A stretch of DNA of 64,000 nt from Gemmatales bacterium (GTDB lineage: Bacteria; Planctomycetota; Planctomycetia; Gemmatales; HRBIN36). The notes under the pieces are model-generated. The model made no database searches and was not told the DNA's origin. It saw only the letters and a list, made by a program, of their open reading frames with translations. Positions 19,680-30,317 of the stretch are shown one piece after another. The stretch lies in assembly GCA_041640595.1 (NCBI GenBank), contig JBEPZY010000004.1:226373-290372 (forward strand), in the 5' to 3' direction. Positions within the stretch are counted from its first letter, which is position 1. Every line of letters starts with the position of its first letter. A program made the translations under genes and the position numbers.

Positions 19680-20001
19680 GGACCTGGCTCCAGAACCGCT
19701 ATCTTCTCCGTCCGCATTATACCGGAAGCTGGCCGATTGCGAACGCCATCAGAGGCGGCACCATGAGTGCACGCGATAGTGGCACCGATACCCGGCATCC
19801 TGGCAGCGGGCGATCAGCTCTTCACCGTCCGACACGCCAGCGGCATCGATGCTCGGCATCCAAGATATGGTTGCCGGCCGAATGTTCGACGGCTCAGTCC
19901 AAACGACAACACCGGCTGGGCCGGCCATTCCAGCACTGGTGTCTGGCGGGATTCGGCCTAAAATAGTCCGAGCGAAAGTCGGTGCGGTTGTCGCTGCGCC
20001 G

Positions 20002-23000
20002 ATGGATTCAGCCTGGACAGAAGCGAGTTCCAGGAGGTCGCCTGTGTCGCAAGAGCAACCTAAAGGTCTGGCCGCTGTCATTGACGTGTTGCGTGAAAAA
20101 TACGATTGGAAGCTCGACCAGGAAATCGGTCGTGGCGGGTTTGGCGTGGTGTTTCGCGAACAGGTGAACGGCATGATGCGGGCCGTCAAAATCACTCTCG
20201 ATCCGCTCGATCGGCTCACCGCAGGGCTTAGCGATGTCCAGCGTCAGCAAGCACTGCAACGGGAACGCGAAGCCCTGGAATTGCTCACGCGGATCGGCAA
20301 CCATCCCCATCTGTTGACACTCATCAGCTGGGAGGAAGTGTTGGGCCACCTGGTTACGGTTTGGGAATACGCGGCCGATGGCACGTTACTGGATCGGCTG
20401 CGGGAGCATCAGCGGCAAAACGGACAATGCGGATTGCCGCTGGATCAATTGATCCCGTGGATGGAACAGGCGGCGGAAGGCCTCGAGTTTCTCAACAGCC
20501 GGGGGATTTACCATCGCGACATCAAACCGCAAAATTTGTTTCTGGTCGGCGAGCAGGTGAAAGTCGGCGATCTGGGATTTTTGAAGCTGGCGGGGCTGAG
20601 CACGGCATCGCAGACGGGCGTGGGCACGGTTGGCTATCTGCCGCTGGAGGCGTACCCGCGGAGTGCGAACGAGAAGGGTCGGTTGCATGAAACGATTGAT
20701 GTGTACGGACTGGCGGCGACGTATGTCCATCTGCGCACGGGCAAGCCGCCTTTTGGCACGAGCGAGCTGATGATTATTGATCGCCAGAAACGTGGTCAGC
20801 CGTGCACCGATGGCATGACGCCGGCCGAAGCCGAGTGGGTGCGTCAAGCCTTGTCGCCCCGTCCGGACCAACGCCCCCGATCGGTCAGGGAATTCGTGCG
20901 AGAACTCGGCAATCGTTTGTCTGCCAGTGAGCTGAGCCAGCGCGTAAGCATCCGGGAGTTCGGTTTCTCGCCCTCGCCTATTGAGTTGCGTATCGCCAGG
21001 CCACGGCAAGTCGAGGGCAGTACGCTGCCACCATTGCCCAGAGAACTGGCGCAAGCGCAGGCGCAGCTGCTGGCCCTGCCGGAATTGATCCGCCAGGTGC
21101 AAGACGGGACGCACCCGGCGTTGCAGCGCCACTGGCAGGTCGTGCAGCAAGCCGAGCAACAACTGCAACAGTTAAAAGCAGCTTTGCAAGCGACACCGCT
21201 GCCAACCGGTCTATCCGTTGCCGATGCGCAAACCATATTCAAGACACTCCAACGGGACCCCGAAGCTTCTCTGGTAGGGTTGTATCGGCTGGCAGGCAAT
21301 GTCTCTCGATGGGCGTTTGCTCACTGGCTGAAGATGGCCAAGTCCTGCGTTCTGGCCCAGCGCCAGTATGAGCAACTCCGACAGCAGTACCTGAGTTACG
21401 CTCATGAACAGCTGCAGAGAATGCAGCAGCTGTTAGAGCGGCTCAAGGAAGAAGTAGGCCGGCTTCAATACCGGGACCTGGTACAGTTGCTTGCCGGGTA
21501 TCGTGCACGAATTGGCACTGGCAGCGAGACGCTTCCGGTGGAGTTGTGGATTCAGCTAGGCCCGGAATTAGAACGGCGCTACATCGGCTGGAACGCACAA
21601 ACGCTGCTCGAGCAAGCCGAATGGGCCTGGGGAGCAACGGTTCAGTTCCTGAAGCAACAGCGGCGCCGGAGGCGGCTGCGCCTTGTCCTTGGCCTGCTTA
21701 TACTCGTGCTGGCCTTCATCTTGGGAATCCTAGTGTATGCCTGGCCTCCTTCGTTGCAAGTATCCGCCACGCAACCTGACCAGCCCGTTGCTGGCGAACC
21801 GTGGGAGGTGGAATTCCGAACCTGGTCACTTTGGGGTCGGCCCGTGTCTGTCGAATGGCGCTATGCGGGCGAGACGCAGTGGCAACGGCTGGAGGAGCCG
21901 AAACTGCGCATCCCGGAGATTAAAGCCGACAGTCTAGCCCTGGAATTTCGCCCCGTGGACAGCAAAGGTTTTCTCGGTAACGCGATCCAACAACGAGTTT
22001 ACGTTCCCGTTCCGACGCTGAAAATCACGAAACAGGATCCGCCGAATGGCCCGATAGCGGGCGAGCCGTTTACCATTGAGTTCGAGGCGACTTCACCGGT
22101 GGGCCGGACCGTCCACGTCGAGTGGCGCTACGCTGGCGATACACAGTGGCGGCGACTGTCCGAGCAAAAGTTGCATATTGCGGAGGTCAAAGGCGACGCT
22201 CTGGCTCTCGAATTCCGCGCCGTGGACAGCAAGGACTTTATCGGTTCTGCTCTCGAAGGGCGCTGGCGGGTCTTGCCTCCTGCTCCGTCGCTGAAAATCA
22301 CCAAGCAGGATCCGCCGAATGGGCCGATAGCGGGCGACCCGTTCACCATTGAGTTCGAGGCGACTTCACCGGCGGGCCGGACCGTCCACGTCGAGTGGCG
22401 CTACGCTGGCGATACACAGTGGCAGCGACTGTCCGAGCAAAAGTTGCATATTCCGGAGGTCAAAGGCGAAACTCTGGCTCTCGAATTCCGCGCCGTGGAC
22501 AGCAAGGGCTTCGCCAGCACCGTGAGCCCGTACCTCTTGCTTGTATTCGCAGATAAGGACAGCTACGCGCGCCGCGAAGTGCGGCTCTTCACGGGGCACG
22601 AGAATCGGGTCTGGAGCGTCGCGGTGACGCCCGATGGCAAATACGTCGTTTCGGGAAGCGACGACAAAACGGTGCGTTTGTGGGACTTGGCGACGGGGAA
22701 AGAAGTGCGGCGGTTCACGGGGCACTGGCCTTCGGTCTATAGCGTTGCGGTGACGCCCAATGACAAATACGTCGTTTCGGGAAGCGGGGGCTACACGGTG
22801 CGGGTGTGGGAGCTGGCGACGGGGAAGGAAGTGCGGGAGCTCACGGCGCACGAGGGTTCGGTCAATAGCGTCGCGGTGACGCCCGATGGTAAATACGTCG
22901 TTTCGGGAAGCGGGGACAAAACGGTGCGTTTGTGGGACCTGGCGACGGGGAAAGAAGTGCGGCGGTTCACGGGGCACGGCGATTCGGTGAGGACCGTCGC

Positions 23001-23460
23001 GGTGACGCCCGATGGCAAATACGTCGTTTCGGGAAGCTGGGACAACACGGTGCGTTTGTGGGAGCTGGCGACGGGGCAAGAAGTGCGGCGGTTCACGGCG
23101 CACGAGGGTTGGGTCAGGAGCGTCGCGGTGACGCCCGATGGCCAATACGTCGTCTCGGGAGGCTATGACAACACGGTGCGTTTGTGGGAGCTGGCGACGG
23201 GGAAAGAAGTGCGGCGGTTCACGGGGCACCGGAGCGCGGTCTCGAGCGTCGCGGTGACCCCCGATGGCAAATACGTCGTTTCGGGAAGCGACGACAACAC
23301 GGTGCGTTTGTGGGACCTGGCGACGGGGAAAGAAGTGCGGCGGTTCACGGGGCACGGCGATTCGGTGAGGACCGTCGCGGTGACGCCCGATGGCAAATAC
23401 GTCGTTTCGGGAAGCGGGGACGAAACGGTGCGGGTGTGGTACATCGGCGACCTGAAGTGA
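20002..23460 (+). CDS. Membrane Ser/Thr kinase: kinase, coiled-coil, TM helix, 3 Ig-like repeats, 7-bladed WD40
   Basis: IGRGGFGVVF, AVK, HRDIKPQN, DLG, GTVGYLP.E; TM near 21676-21744; 273-bp repeats at 22012/22285; 126-bp WD repeats from ~22570; start uncertain (ORF open from 19849). Confidence 0.92.
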   Translation: MDSAWTEASSRRSPVSQEQPKGLAAVIDVLREKYDWKLDQEIGRGGFGVVFREQVNGMMRAVKITLDPLDRLTAGLSDVQRQQALQREREALELLTRIGNHPHLLTLISWEEVLGHLVTVWEYAADGTLLDRLREHQRQNGQCGLPLDQLIPWMEQAAEGLEFLNSRGIYHRDIKPQNLFLVGEQVKVGDLGFLKLAGLSTASQTGVGTVGYLPLEAYPRSANEKGRLHETIDVYGLAATYVHLRTGKPPFGTSELMIIDRQKRGQPCTDGMTPAEAEWVRQALSPRPDQRPRSVREFVRELGNRLSASELSQRVSIREFGFSPSPIELRIARPRQVEGSTLPPLPRELAQAQAQLLALPELIRQVQDGTHPALQRHWQVVQQAEQQLQQLKAALQATPLPTGLSVADAQTIFKTLQRDPEASLVGLYRLAGNVSRWAFAHWLKMAKSCVLAQRQYEQLRQQYLSYAHEQLQRMQQLLERLKEEVGRLQYRDLVQLLAGYRARIGTGSETLPVELWIQLGPELERRYIGWNAQTLLEQAEWAWGATVQFLKQQRRRRRLRLVLGLLILVLAFILGILVYAWPPSLQVSATQPDQPVAGEPWEVEFRTWSLWGRPVSVEWRYAGETQWQRLEEPKLRIPEIKADSLALEFRPVDSKGFLGNAIQQRVYVPVPTLKITKQDPPNGPIAGEPFTIEFEATSPVGRTVHVEWRYAGDTQWRRLSEQKLHIAEVKGDALALEFRAVDSKDFIGSALEGRWRVLPPAPSLKITKQDPPNGPIAGDPFTIEFEATSPAGRTVHVEWRYAGDTQWQRLSEQKLHIPEVKGETLALEFRAVDSKGFASTVSPYLLLVFADKDSYARREVRLFTGHENRVWSVAVTPDGKYVVSGSDDKTVRLWDLATGKEVRRFTGHWPSVYSVAVTPNDKYVVSGSGGYTVRVWELATGKEVRELTAHEGSVNSVAVTPDGKYVVSGSGDKTVRLWDLATGKEVRRFTGHGDSVRTVAVTPDGKYVVSGSWDNTVRLWELATGQEVRRFTAHEGWVRSVAVTPDGQYVVSGGYDNTVRLWELATGKEVRRFTGHRSAVSSVAVTPDGKYVVSGSDDNTVRLWDLATGKEVRRFTGHGDSVRTVAVTPDGKYVVSGSGDETVRVWYIGDLK

Positions 23461-23662
23461 GTGGCCAGCGGGGAACAAGGATGCCGAATGGGATGCGGGA
23501 TTGGGATGGGCGATTGGCGGCCAGGAATTGGCAACCGGGAACGTGGAGTTGGGACGGCGAAGTAGCTGGCACATCGCTGATGCGATGCGGTGCCATCTGC
23601 CGACCGACGAATCAAACGCGGCAGGTGTCAGCACGACCCGCTGCCCGCAGTAAACGCCGAGT

Positions 23663-24160
23663 CAAGAGCGGCGGGCGTCAGCCCGCCGTGGTTCTGTGAT
23701 ACGAACGTTGTGCAGCGAGAAACGCACTTCGTTCAGCGACTAGCGAACGGACGAACAAGAGCGGCGGGCGTCAGCCCGCCGTGGTTCTGTGATACGAACG
23801 TTGTGCAGCGAGAAGCGCACTTCGTTCAGCGACTAGCGAACGGACGAACAAGAGCGGCGGGCGTCAGCCCGCCGTGGTTCTGGTCGGGCGAACGTTGTCG
23901 GTAATGTGTTGGAAATGCACGTGCACTAGCGTGTGCGAAACCACGGGGGGCTTACGCCCCCCGCTCTTGGATTGCAGTGCGCATGTCTGCCGGTGAAAAG
24001 CGATTTTTGCGATGCGTAAACGCACGCCTGTAGAGCGGTGGGCGTCAGCCCGCCGTGGTTTGGATTCGCACTTGCGACGGCGACCGGCTTTTGCGGAGTG
24101 ATTATGTTTCGGCCCGCACATTCGCCTCCCCTACCACGGCTGGCTCACGCCAGCCGCTCC
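23663..24160. repeat. REP/REPIN-like palindrome cluster 1
   Basis: CAAGAGCGGCGGGCGTCAGCCCGCCGTGG at 93-bp period (23663, 23756, 23849) plus inverted copies. Confidence 0.9.
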
Positions 24161-24268
24161 TGGTTGCAGGTGCGGTGGTCGTCGCGGATGTGCGGTTCGG
24201 CTGACGGCTGTCGAAACGGTTTTTGAGCGTCCGGCGGAACGCAAAAGGGAACTCCGTCCGGCGTGTGG

Positions 24269-25012
24269 TTATTCATCGGAGTAGCGGCGGCGGATTTCGT
24301 CGCGGAGCCGGGCAGCACGCTCGTAATCTTCCTGGGCCACCGCTTCGGCAAGTTGTTCCTTGAGCGTGGCGGTGATCTGGTGCATGGTGCGAATTTGCTG
24401 TTGCATGTCCTGGAGATGCCGCAGCATCGGGTCTTCTTCGATGCGGTCGTGCAGGGAGTGTTTTTCGTAAAAAGCGCAGATGTGTTCGATTCCCGCCTGC
24501 AGTTCGTCAATCGCCCGTTCGGGATCGTTGCGTTCGAGAGCTAAACCGGCAGCAGCCTGGGCACGGTGAAAATGAACAAAACCGCGATACTGTTCGTGAG
24601 CCAGAGCGTATTCTTCATTCGGAGCGTAGCGGTTGACGAAATCCATGAAGGCGAGGGTGTGGTCGGCGTCGGCGATGGCGCGTTCGTAGAGCCGCAAAGT
24701 CAACCAGCAGAGTCGCCGATGGTAATACTGCAAAAATTCGCGGTCAGCCTCCTGGCACTGTTCGGGGTTCATGCGGAAGCGTTGTCCGGAAGCCCGCGCT
24801 TGAGCGGCCTGATGGCGGAGATAATCGAGGTAGGTGGGAAAGCCATGCGGTCGCTGACCGTCGGGGCGACCCTCGATTTCCATTTGCAAAATGCCGAGGT
24901 CCACACGCATCTGCAACACCTGTCGGCCATCGGACGCATCTACCAGTCGGGCCTGAACCATGCCCGGCCGAAATTCCCACCCCGCCAGAGCGGCATCAAT
25001 GTCCTGCGGCAT
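24269..25012 (-). CDS. UvrB/UvrC (UVR) motif-containing protein
   Basis: LQMRVDLGILQME.EGRPDG; C-terminal LAEAVAQEDYERAARLRDEI. Confidence 0.85.
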   Translation of the reverse strand: MPQDIDAALAGWEFRPGMVQARLVDASDGRQVLQMRVDLGILQMEIEGRPDGQRPHGFPTYLDYLRHQAAQARASGQRFRMNPEQCQEADREFLQYYHRRLCWLTLRLYERAIADADHTLAFMDFVNRYAPNEEYALAHEQYRGFVHFHRAQAAAGLALERNDPERAIDELQAGIEHICAFYEKHSLHDRIEEDPMLRHLQDMQQQIRTMHQITATLKEQLAEAVAQEDYERAARLRDEIRRRYSDE

Positions 25013-25373
25013 ACTCAGACTCCCATAAAAAGCTCTCCATTAGCATTATGAGGCGTAACACTCCGCCTGGAAAAGGCCCGTGCGAAGGTTGGCAGGGCAA
25101 GCGAGACCGTGCAACCGATGCCGGGCGAAAGGACGTTCGGCCAGGCGCAGGCTGAACCGCCGGCAGAGTTGTTTTCGCCCGCACCAGTCGCTAAAATTTA
25201 CCGCAGGCAGGAAAACTTGCCGCGCCACCGGTTCGGTAGCGATCGGTCGGGTAGAATGACGATTGGAATGACGATCCGCTAACCCACACGCCGACAACGG
25301 GTGCGGGCTTGAAGCGGAACAAAAAGTGACCGGTCGGGAGGAGCCGACCATCCGGATAGGGAGAAGATCGGCA

Positions 25374-25718
25374 ATGCGGAGTCGGATAGGGACGGTAGTT
25401 CTGCTGGCTTTGCTGATGGGGATGCTGGCGAAAACGGATAATCTGGCCGCTTGTCCTGGTTGCAAGGAAGCGGTGGCGGCTCAGGACATTGAATCCGATT
25501 CGGATGTGTACAGTCCCAGCCAGCTGGCCCGTGCCTACAACTACAGCATTTATTTCATGCTGACGATGCCGGCGTTGATCCTGACGTTTTTCGGAGCGGC
25601 GTGCTATATTCTGACAAAACGAGCCGCCGCAGCACGATCTCATCCGGCCAGTTCCGCCGCTGAGGCAAGTCCGACGGAAACCCTGCCCAGGAGCGGGAGT
25701 TGTCCAGCTTGTGAGTGA
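25374..25718 (+). CDS. Small exported membrane protein with CxxC
   Basis: Signal peptide ending A-CPGCKEA; YNYSIYFML followed by a TM helix. Confidence 0.7.
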   Translation: MRSRIGTVVLLALLMGMLAKTDNLAACPGCKEAVAAQDIESDSDVYSPSQLARAYNYSIYFMLTMPALILTFFGAACYILTKRAAAARSHPASSAAEASPTETLPRSGSCPACE

Positions 25719-26241
25719 GGCGTTGGAGCGGTCGGAGAAGGCGGCTGGTGTGCGTATTCGCCCTGCCCGGGTGGCAGATGTACCGGCGTTGTATGCGCTC
25801 ATCAAGGTGCATGCAGAACGGGGCAAAATGATTCTGCGTACTCTGGACGAGCTGTACGCCAACATCCGCGAGTTTCAGGTGGCGGAAACTTCGCAGGGCG
25901 AGCTGGTCGGTTGTGCAGCCGCTCACGTGTTCTGGAACGATCTGGCGGAATTGAAATGCCTGGCGGTGCGCGACGACTGGCAGGGCCGGGGAATCGGTCG
26001 GGCTTTGTGTACCGCCTGTTTGCAGGATTTGGCCCGGCTCGGTGTACGCCAGGTCTTTACGCTGACCAACGCACCTGAGTTTTTCGAGAAGCTCGGCTAT
26101 CGCCGGGTGGACAAAAATAGCCTGCCGCGGTTCATCTGGGGCGAATGCATCCGCTGCCCGACGTTTCCCATTTGCAACGAGGAAGCCCTGGTGCGTGACG
26201 TGCCGGTCAGCGAAGCGGCGAGTCTGTCACCTGACGCATGA
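25711..26241 (+). CDS. GNAT N-acetyltransferase (short ArgA-like)
   Basis: RTLDELYANIREF, LAELKCLAV, QGRGIG, FFEKLGY, IWGECIRCP.FP.CNE. Confidence 0.88.
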   Translation: MSEALERSEKAAGVRIRPARVADVPALYALIKVHAERGKMILRTLDELYANIREFQVAETSQGELVGCAAAHVFWNDLAELKCLAVRDDWQGRGIGRALCTACLQDLARLGVRQVFTLTNAPEFFEKLGYRRVDKNSLPRFIWGECIRCPTFPICNEEALVRDVPVSEAASLSPDA

Positions 26242-26277
26242 ACCAGCCTGGGGGCAAACGATAGGACGGCGGTGGCA

Positions 26278-27651
26278 TCATTCGAATGGATTGCCCGGGG
26301 CAAGATTTTCCATCCGCATGTATTGCTTGAGGTAAGCGAGGCGAACGTCGCCGGTCGGGCCGTTGCGCTGTTTGCCGATGATCACTTCCAGCACGCCAGG
26401 GTCCTGATCGGGATTGTAATACTCCGGACGGTGCAGGAGAAAAACGGTATCGGCATCCTGTTCGATGGCGCCGCTTTCGCGGAGATCGGAGAGTCGTGGC
26501 CGGTTGTCAGTGCGGTCTTCCGGACCGCGATTGAGCTGAGCACAGGCCACCACAGGAATGTTCAATTCCTTGGCCAGATGCTTGAGCCGACGGGAAATGG
26601 CCGCCACCTGTTCCTGCCGGCTTTCTCGACGTGATCGGCTGTCGGATTCGATAAGCTGGAGATAATCAATGATGAGCAGGCGGAGGTTATGCCGCAGTTT
26701 CAATCGGCGGGCGTTGGCGGCAATGCGGAGCATGTCCTGAGCCGGCGTGTCGTCAATGAAAAACTTGGCCGTCGAGAGATCATTTCCCGCCGCGTGCAAC
26801 CGACGCATCTCCTCCGCGCTGAGATGTCCCTTGCGGAGCTTGTGGCTATCAATGCGGGCATGGCAACAGAGCAACCGCTCGGCCAGTTCGATCCGCGATT
26901 GCTCCAGGCTAACGAAAAAGACAGCGTGGCCCTCTTCCAGAGCGACATGGCGAGCGATGTTGAGAGCGAAGGCGGTTTTGCCCATGCTCGGCCGGGCGGC
27001 AATGATGATCAGTTCCGAATCCTGCAGTCCGGCCGTTTTTTCATCGAGGTCGAGAAAGCCCGTGGAAAGGCCGCTCAGCGCCCCGCCACTCTGCCGCTGA
27101 TGCCGTTGATCAATTCGGCTATAAGCCTGGGCGATGCATTCTTCCAGGGTAAAGGTCTGCCCGGTCAGGCCCCATTCGGCAATCTGCAGGATTTTGCGCT
27201 CCGCCTCCTCCAGGATATCGTCGGCTGGGGCGCTTTGTTCGTGAGCCAGACTGAGGATTTCGTTGGAGGCGTGGATGAGATCGCGGATGATGGCTTTATC
27301 ACGAACGATGCGGGCGTGGTATTCGGCATGGGCTGCTGTCGGTGTGGCATCCCACAAACTGGCCAGGTAGGCATACCCACCAACAAGCTCGATTTGCTTT
27401 TGCTGGTACAACCGCTCGCTAATGGTAACGAGGTCGGCGGGCTGACCGTGATCGTATAAATCCACGATGGCGCGGAAAATCGCCCGATGGGCCGGGTCGT
27501 AAAAATAGTCCTCCTTGCGGATGATTTGCAACACATCCCCGATGACGCGGTTGTCCCGCATCATACTGCCGAGCACGGCACGCTCCGCTTCGAGATTTTG
27601 CGGAGGTAAGTAGGCAGAAGGAAGTACCGCCGCAGTCGCACTCTGCGACAT
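26278..27651 (-). CDS. dnaB: Replicative DNA helicase
   Basis: PPQNLEAERAVLG, AARPSMGKT, IIDYLQL, QLNR, SDLRESGAIEQDAD, KQRNGP; no intein. Confidence 0.98.
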   Translation of the reverse strand: MSQSATAAVLPSAYLPPQNLEAERAVLGSMMRDNRVIGDVLQIIRKEDYFYDPAHRAIFRAIVDLYDHGQPADLVTISERLYQQKQIELVGGYAYLASLWDATPTAAHAEYHARIVRDKAIIRDLIHASNEILSLAHEQSAPADDILEEAERKILQIAEWGLTGQTFTLEECIAQAYSRIDQRHQRQSGGALSGLSTGFLDLDEKTAGLQDSELIIIAARPSMGKTAFALNIARHVALEEGHAVFFVSLEQSRIELAERLLCCHARIDSHKLRKGHLSAEEMRRLHAAGNDLSTAKFFIDDTPAQDMLRIAANARRLKLRHNLRLLIIDYLQLIESDSRSRRESRQEQVAAISRRLKHLAKELNIPVVACAQLNRGPEDRTDNRPRLSDLRESGAIEQDADTVFLLHRPEYYNPDQDPGVLEVIIGKQRNGPTGDVRLAYLKQYMRMENLAPGNPFE

Positions 27652-27683
27652 CGGACGTTCCCTAACTGGAAGAAGATGCCCGA

Positions 27684-28337
27684 TTACTGGCCGGCAGGCT
27701 GTCCGGCAGCGTGTTCGGCACCGATGACCAGTACCTTGACCTCGCTCTCAATGTCGTAGCCCAGGTGCAGCTTGACCGCGTACAACGCCAGTTGTTTGAT
27801 CGGGCCTTCCATGCGTACCTGTTCGGGCTCCACCGCAAAACCCTGGGCCTTGAGCGCCCGGGAAATTTCCTCCGGGCCGACCGAACCGTAGAGTTTGCCT
27901 TCCTCGTTGGCAGTGGCTTCGATGGTGATGGTCAGGTCGCGCAAACGTGCCGCCAGACTTTTCAGATCGGCAATCCGCGCCTGCCGCAATTCCTCGATGC
28001 GTTGTTTGTGGCGTTCGAGCCGCCGCAGGTTATCGGGGGTGACGTAAGTGGCCAGACCACGCGGAATCAGGTAATTGCGACCGTAGCCTGGGCGGACTTC
28101 AACAATATCACCAGCCCGACCAAGGTGCGGAACATCGTCCACCAGCAACAGCTGCATACCGCCGTGGGGGCCTTTGGGAACCTGCTGGCGTTTTTTCGTT
28201 GGTTTCGCAGGGCTGCTGGCGGCCGGAGAATTGGCTTCGCGAGCCGGTGCCGATTCTGCCACCGCCACCGTTTTCTCGGCGGCTGATTTCGGCGTTTGCC
28301 CAGCGGTATCGGCAGTTGGCTTGGTCTTCTTGGCCAT
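27684..28337 (-). CDS. rplI: 50S ribosomal protein L9 with N-terminal Ala/Pro/Lys-rich extension
   Basis: LGRAGDIVEVRPGYGRNYLIPRG, GKLYGSV. Confidence 0.96.
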   Translation of the reverse strand: MAKKTKPTADTAGQTPKSAAEKTVAVAESAPAREANSPAASSPAKPTKKRQQVPKGPHGGMQLLLVDDVPHLGRAGDIVEVRPGYGRNYLIPRGLATYVTPDNLRRLERHKQRIEELRQARIADLKSLAARLRDLTITIEATANEEGKLYGSVGPEEISRALKAQGFAVEPEQVRMEGPIKQLALYAVKLHLGYDIESEVKVLVIGAEHAAGQPAGQ

Positions 28338-28363
28338 TTTTGTACCTCACGCACGCATGGATT

Positions 28364-28864
28364 TCAGAAGGGAATATCCTGATCGCTTGGCCCTTCGTCG
28401 GGCAAATCGGCAAGCGCATCCTCTTCCGGCAGATAATCGTCGCTGATCCTGGGAGCCGGAGCTGGGCTGGGCGTAGCGGGTCGGGTCGGAGTACCGCCAG
28501 GCGCAGCAGCTTCCGGTCGGCTGTCGAGGAATTGGAAGCTATCCATCACCACGACCAATCGCGAACGTTTCTGCCCGTCGTTGCTCGTCCACTGGTCGAG
28601 TCGCAGATGCCCTTCGATGTAGAACTGCCGTCCTTTGCTGAAGAATTGTTCCACCTGATCGGCCAGCCGAGCGAATTCACCGCGATTGAACGCTTCGATT
28701 TCCAGATATACCGGTTCATCTTCCCACTGACCGGTCTGGGGATTTTTGCGGCGACGATTGACGGCAAAACCGAAGCGGGCCACCTTGCCACCGCTGGCAA
28801 AGGTACGCACTTCGGGATCGCGGGTGAGTCGGCCGATCAGCAGGACTTTGTTGAGGTTGGCCAT
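28364..28864 (-). CDS. ssb: Single-stranded DNA-binding protein
   Basis: NKVLLIGRLTRDPE; C-terminal DIPF. Confidence 0.97.
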   Translation of the reverse strand: MANLNKVLLIGRLTRDPEVRTFASGGKVARFGFAVNRRRKNPQTGQWEDEPVYLEIEAFNRGEFARLADQVEQFFSKGRQFYIEGHLRLDQWTSNDGQKRSRLVVVMDSFQFLDSRPEAAAPGGTPTRPATPSPAPAPRISDDYLPEEDALADLPDEGPSDQDIPF

Positions 28865-28942
28865 AGCCGTACCTCCACGGCTGGCTGAGGGAAAACTTCA
28901 CGCCAGGTTCTGCTACTAGTGTACAGATGTTCGCTTTGGGTT

Positions 28943-29365
28943 TCAAGCACCTTCCACGGCCGGGCTGGGGGCTTCCGCTTCGCTCTGAATTTCTTCCGCC
29001 AGACCGGGAGCCTGAATAGCCAGGGCGTGTTCGTCCCGGCCCAGCGCCAGCAAGGCTTCTTCCATCTTCGGATGATGGCGAACGATCAAAAAGCGCAGGA
29101 TGTCTTCGTTGATACGAAAATCCTCACGAATCGGAGGCAGGGCTTTGCCTGGAGCGCGAAAGAAAATCAGATGATACACCCCCTTTTTGCGCTTTTTGAT
29201 CGGGTAAACCAGTCGGCGTTCGTCCCAGAGCCGGCTCGTTTCGATTTTGGCGCCGTGCCGTTCCAGCACCTGATGAATTTGCTGGATCAATTTTTCCCGC
29301 TCGCTGTGGTATTTACCGCTGTCGAAAAGTAATAAGCACTCATACAAATGGGTGATCGTGTGCAA
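28943..29365 (-). CDS. rpsF: 30S ribosomal protein S6
   Basis: YECLLLFD, WDERRLVYPIKK..KGVY, NEDILRFLIV; GGAGG RBS before TTG. Confidence 0.93.
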   Translation of the reverse strand: MHTITHLYECLLLFDSGKYHSEREKLIQQIHQVLERHGAKIETSRLWDERRLVYPIKKRKKGVYHLIFFRAPGKALPPIREDFRINEDILRFLIVRHHPKMEEALLALGRDEHALAIQAPGLAEEIQSEAEAPSPAVEGA

Positions 29366-29589
29366 GTTTTCTCCTCCATCCTCGCCAGCGAAAATTTACC
29401 GGCGACTGGCTCATCCCAGCCGTTGGCACCAGCATCCGGAACGCATGATCATACACACCCGTTCGGTTCTTGCCCAGAGTAGCCACATTGTATGGCGCCG
29501 AACCGATCGGTGTCCGCGTGGGCTGGAGAAAATTCGGAAGCGGCTTTTGTTCGGGGCGTTCGACGGCCAAAGATTCCTGCACGCGGCGG

Positions 29590-30192
29590 TCAAGAAGCGT
29601 TCGAGTTTTGCGATCCCTGAGCCGATTCCCGCACATTATACCGATTCATCGCGGCCTCGATGCCCTGCTCGAGCCAGACAACCACGGCATCGGCGGCACG
29701 TTCCAGGGCCGGTTCAATAACCGCTCGCTCTTCCGGTCGAAAACGCCCCAGTACGAAATCCGCGGCGTCCCAGCCCGCTGGAGGCGAACCGATGCCGATC
29801 CGCAGACGGGGATATTGCGGTGTCCCCAGTCGCTGCTGAATATCGAGCAACCCTTTATGCCCACCGTGCGTCCCCTGCGGACGCAAACGCAGCTGACCGA
29901 GCGGCAGGTTGAGGTCATCGCAAATGACCAGCAAGTGGTGCAGCGGCAGCTGGTAATACTGCACCAGCTCGGCAACCGCCAGACCGCTCCGGTTCATGTA
30001 CGTCTGGGGCTTGACCAGGAGAATCGGCTCTTGAGCGTGTCGCAGTTCCAGCAGCAGCGAATGAAAATCGTACCGCCACGTTTGGCCCGGCGCCCAGCGA
30101 CGCCCCAATCGCTCCACCACTTCGAAACCGACATTGTGGCGGGTACGCTCAAAACGACTTTCCGGATTTCCCAGACCGATGATGATTTTCAT
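29590..30192 (-). CDS. pth: Peptidyl-tRNA hydrolase
   Basis: IIGLGNP, TRHNVGF, KPQTYMNRSG, GGHKG, RLRIGIG. Confidence 0.97.
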   Translation of the reverse strand: MKIIIGLGNPESRFERTRHNVGFEVVERLGRRWAPGQTWRYDFHSLLLELRHAQEPILLVKPQTYMNRSGLAVAELVQYYQLPLHHLLVICDDLNLPLGQLRLRPQGTHGGHKGLLDIQQRLGTPQYPRLRIGIGSPPAGWDAADFVLGRFRPEERAVIEPALERAADAVVVWLEQGIEAAMNRYNVRESAQGSQNSNAS

Positions 30193-30317
30193 GCCGCCGA
30201 CCGTTTCTCATCGCTCACAGCGGCCTTATACCGGTAGCTCCGATCCCGCTGGTGCTTCTCACGACACACCGGGTGTGCACCCGCCAATCTTCATTGAATA
30301 GCTGAGCGTTCGCGTGG

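Noticed and set aside
22570..23460. Diversity-generating retroelement behind the WD40 variation
   Set aside because: Differences are not adenine-restricted, and no reverse transcriptase or non-coding template repeat is in the window
22366..23634. 422-aa antisense repetitive ORF and similar shadow ORFs (e.g. 57889-59001, 49133-50083)
   Set aside because: Antisense shadows of real high-GC genes
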